A stretch of 64,000 nucleotides of DNA from Gammaproteobacteria bacterium. Lineage in GTDB: Bacteria > Pseudomonadota > Gammaproteobacteria > UBA4575. Below the pieces are notes generated by a model. It worked only from the letters and a program-made list of their open reading frames with translations, made no database searches and was not told the DNA's origin. Shown here piece after piece: positions 61,824 through 64,000 of this stretch (position 1 is the stretch's first letter; the number at the start of each line of letters is the position of its first letter). The DNA is taken from positions 512,001-576,000 of the forward strand of contig CBDCUI010000008.1 of assembly GCA_965222615.1 (NCBI GenBank), read 5' to 3'. A program made the position numbers and the translations under genes.

Positions 61824-62759
61824 ATGTCAGCATTAATTTGTGGCTCACTTGCATTTGATACCATTATGGTCTTTCCAGATAGATTTAAGGAACATATCTT
61901 GCCTGAGAAGGTGCATATTTTAAATGTATCTTTTATGGTGCCGCAGATGCGTAGAGAGTTTGGTGGATGCGCGGGGAACATCGCTTACAATTTACGTTTA
62001 CTTGGGGGGGAAGGCTATGCGATGGGCACGGCAGGAAGGGATTTCGAGCCATATTCAAATTGGATGAACAAATGTGGAATGGACCAAAGATATATCAAAA
62101 AAATTGGTGATGAATATACTGCCCAAGCCTTTATTACAACTGACTTAGATGATAATCAAATCACTGCATTTCATCCTGGTGCCATGAACTGTTCGCATCA
62201 GAATAGAGTGCCTACAAGTGACGGTATCAGTCTTGCAGTCATTTCACCGGATGGTAAAGATGGCATGATTCAGCATGCCAAACAATGTGAACAAGCGGGC
62301 ATTCCCTTTATCTTTGATCCAGGCCAAGGCATGCCCATGTTTGATAGCGAGGAATTACTTTCATTTATTGAACAAGCAAGTTACATATGTGTGAATGATT
62401 ACGAGTCACAACTTCTACAGGAACGTACCGGTTTATCGATCGCACAAATTGCCGAACACGTTGAAGCAGTGATTGTTACACGTGGCAGTAAAGGATCAGT
62501 AATTCATACAAATGGCGAATCGATTGAAATCCCGGCAGTAAAAGCTGACTCTGTAAAGGATCCAACAGGTTGTGGAGATGCTTATCGGGGGGGCTTGTTG
62601 TATGGAATGATGAATAATTTTGATTGGGAACTTACTGGCCGTATTGCGGCACTACTGGGTGCAATTAAAGTTGCGCATCATGGTACCCAGAATCATCATT
62701 TTACTTTGCAGGAGTTTAAAGATAAGTACCAAAAAGAATTTGGTACGTCATTTTGTTAG
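61824..62759 (+). CDS. PfkB family kinase (adenosine kinase-like)
   Basis: GGCAGNIAY, FDPGQ, DPTGCGDAYRGG. Confidence 0.9.
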   Translation: MSALICGSLAFDTIMVFPDRFKEHILPEKVHILNVSFMVPQMRREFGGCAGNIAYNLRLLGGEGYAMGTAGRDFEPYSNWMNKCGMDQRYIKKIGDEYTAQAFITTDLDDNQITAFHPGAMNCSHQNRVPTSDGISLAVISPDGKDGMIQHAKQCEQAGIPFIFDPGQGMPMFDSEELLSFIEQASYICVNDYESQLLQERTGLSIAQIAEHVEAVIVTRGSKGSVIHTNGESIEIPAVKADSVKDPTGCGDAYRGGLLYGMMNNFDWELTGRIAALLGAIKVAHHGTQNHHFTLQEFKDKYQKEFGTSFC

Positions 62760-62774
62760 TACGGCAAATGCGAG

Positions 62775-63428
62775 TTACTTTAGACTTAGGCGGTTCCAAT
62801 TTTTTTTGATTGCATGTGCAGTTAATTCTTTGTCTGCATCTACTGCGATAGGGTAGTCTACAAGCTCTAATAACGGGATATCATTCCGTGAATCAGAATA
62901 AAAATAACTACCTTCTAGGGTAAGTGAGCTAGACGCTAGCCATTGTTCTAAACGAGTTACTTTGCCTTGGCCAAAGCAAGGGGTGCCTTCTACTTTACCG
63001 GTAAACCTACCATTTTCCATCGCTGGTTCAGTTGCAATCAAGGTATCGACATTAAATATCTCTTGCATGGGTTCAGTAATAAAGCGATTAGTTGCGGTAA
63101 CGATTACAAGTTCATCTCCAGCATCACGATGTTGCGCGATCAAATCACGTGCCTTAGTTTTTACGATGGGCTTAATACGTTGTTCTATATATTCATTACG
63201 CCACTCTAAAAGTTCTGCATAATTATTTTCTGCTAATGGCTTAAGTGCAAAATTTAAAAATTCATAGACATCGAGTTTTCCAGCAAGGTACTGTCTATAA
63301 AAACGTTCATTTTCATTTTTATAAAATTCTTCGTCTACCTTGCCAATCGAAACAAGGTGTAGACCCCACTCGTAGTCACTGTCTCCAGCCAATAGGGTTT
63401 CATCAAGATCAAACAATGCTAATGCCAT
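62775..63428 (-). CDS. HAD-IB family phosphatase
   Basis: FDLDETL, TATN, GKV, YSDSRNDIPLL. Confidence 0.9.
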   Translation of the reverse strand: MALALFDLDETLLAGDSDYEWGLHLVSIGKVDEEFYKNENERFYRQYLAGKLDVYEFLNFALKPLAENNYAELLEWRNEYIEQRIKPIVKTKARDLIAQHRDAGDELVIVTATNRFITEPMQEIFNVDTLIATEPAMENGRFTGKVEGTPCFGQGKVTRLEQWLASSSLTLEGSYFYSDSRNDIPLLELVDYPIAVDADKELTAHAIKKNWNRLSLK

Positions 63429-63569
63429 GGAATTTTTGTACTTGTAGGTCTAAACACGAGATTTTAAGTACTTAAGCCCTTGTAATCTATACTTTTATCA
63501 GGATTTATAAAGAGGATTTATTTGATGAAAAAATTTCCTTATGGAACAATATAGTACGGAGTGAAGGGA

Positions 63570-64000
63570 ATGGGTAGTAAGCGACAAGTCATCGATGCCT
63601 CGGGTTATCGTAGAAATGTTGGCATCATTGTAACCAACAACACACGTCATGTGATTTGGTGTAAACGCTGCGGGCAAGATGCCTGGCAGTTTCCACAAGG
63701 TGGTATTCAACAAGATGAATCGATTGAGCAGGCCTTATATCGTGAACTAAAAGAAGAAACCGGACTAGAACAAGGTGATGTTGAACTAATTGCTAGCTCT
63801 AAGAAATGGTTGAGTTATAAACTACCCAAAAATCTAGTACGCACGAACAGTATGCCTAAATGTATTGGGCAAAAACAGCGTTGGTTTTTATTAAGGCTTC
63901 AAACCGACGATAGTAATATTTGCCTAAACCAAAGTAGTAAACCTGAATTTGATAATTGGCGCTGGGTGGATTACTGGCACCCACTGCAAGAAGTTGTATT
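63570..64000 (+). CDS. rppH: RNA pyrophosphohydrolase RppH (partial, runs off the window)
   Basis: VIDASGYRRNVGII, WQFPQGG, Nudix RELKEETGL, GQKQRWF, PEFDNWRWVDYW. Confidence 0.94.
   Translation, partial: MGSKRQVIDASGYRRNVGIIVTNNTRHVIWCKRCGQDAWQFPQGGIQQDESIEQALYRELKEETGLEQGDVELIASSKKWLSYKLPKNLVRTNSMPKCIGQKQRWFLLRLQTDDSNICLNQSSKPEFDNWRWVDYWHPLQEVV

Overview
AT-rich gammaproteobacterial chromosome segment. The backbone is housekeeping: end of the isc cluster (hscA, fdx, iscX); ndk-rlmN-pilW-rodZ-hisS-yfgM-bamB-der with ispG absent; tgpA-like/DUF58/MoxR; a tungsten-type aldehyde oxidoreductase operon; an ECF sigma pair; cysZ-queF, smc-zipA-ligA, mpl, hemL-thiE-thiD-rubredoxin and partial rppH. 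Two accessory inserts stand out. (1) A Zur-boxed metal-uptake cassette between bamB and der. It is led by a CxxC/QAPP leader ORF whose tail can pair with the next gene's Shine-Dalgarno. (2) A ~14 kb island (26.1-40.4 kb) bracketed by the 3' end of an aminotransferase gene and a decayed copy of that end. The island encodes a split RHS/YD system. Four tandem genes each carry a signal peptide, a different Cys-rich head, a DUF6531-like domain and the first part of a YD shell, and all four stop at the same residue. One separate gene supplies the rest of the shell, the RHS core and a C-terminal cargo resembling the animal AMOP domain. A putative immunity gene, an IS30-truncated orphan RHS fragment, a RAYT transposase and two TA modules follow. 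Family assignments rest on motif recognition by eye; no database searches were run.
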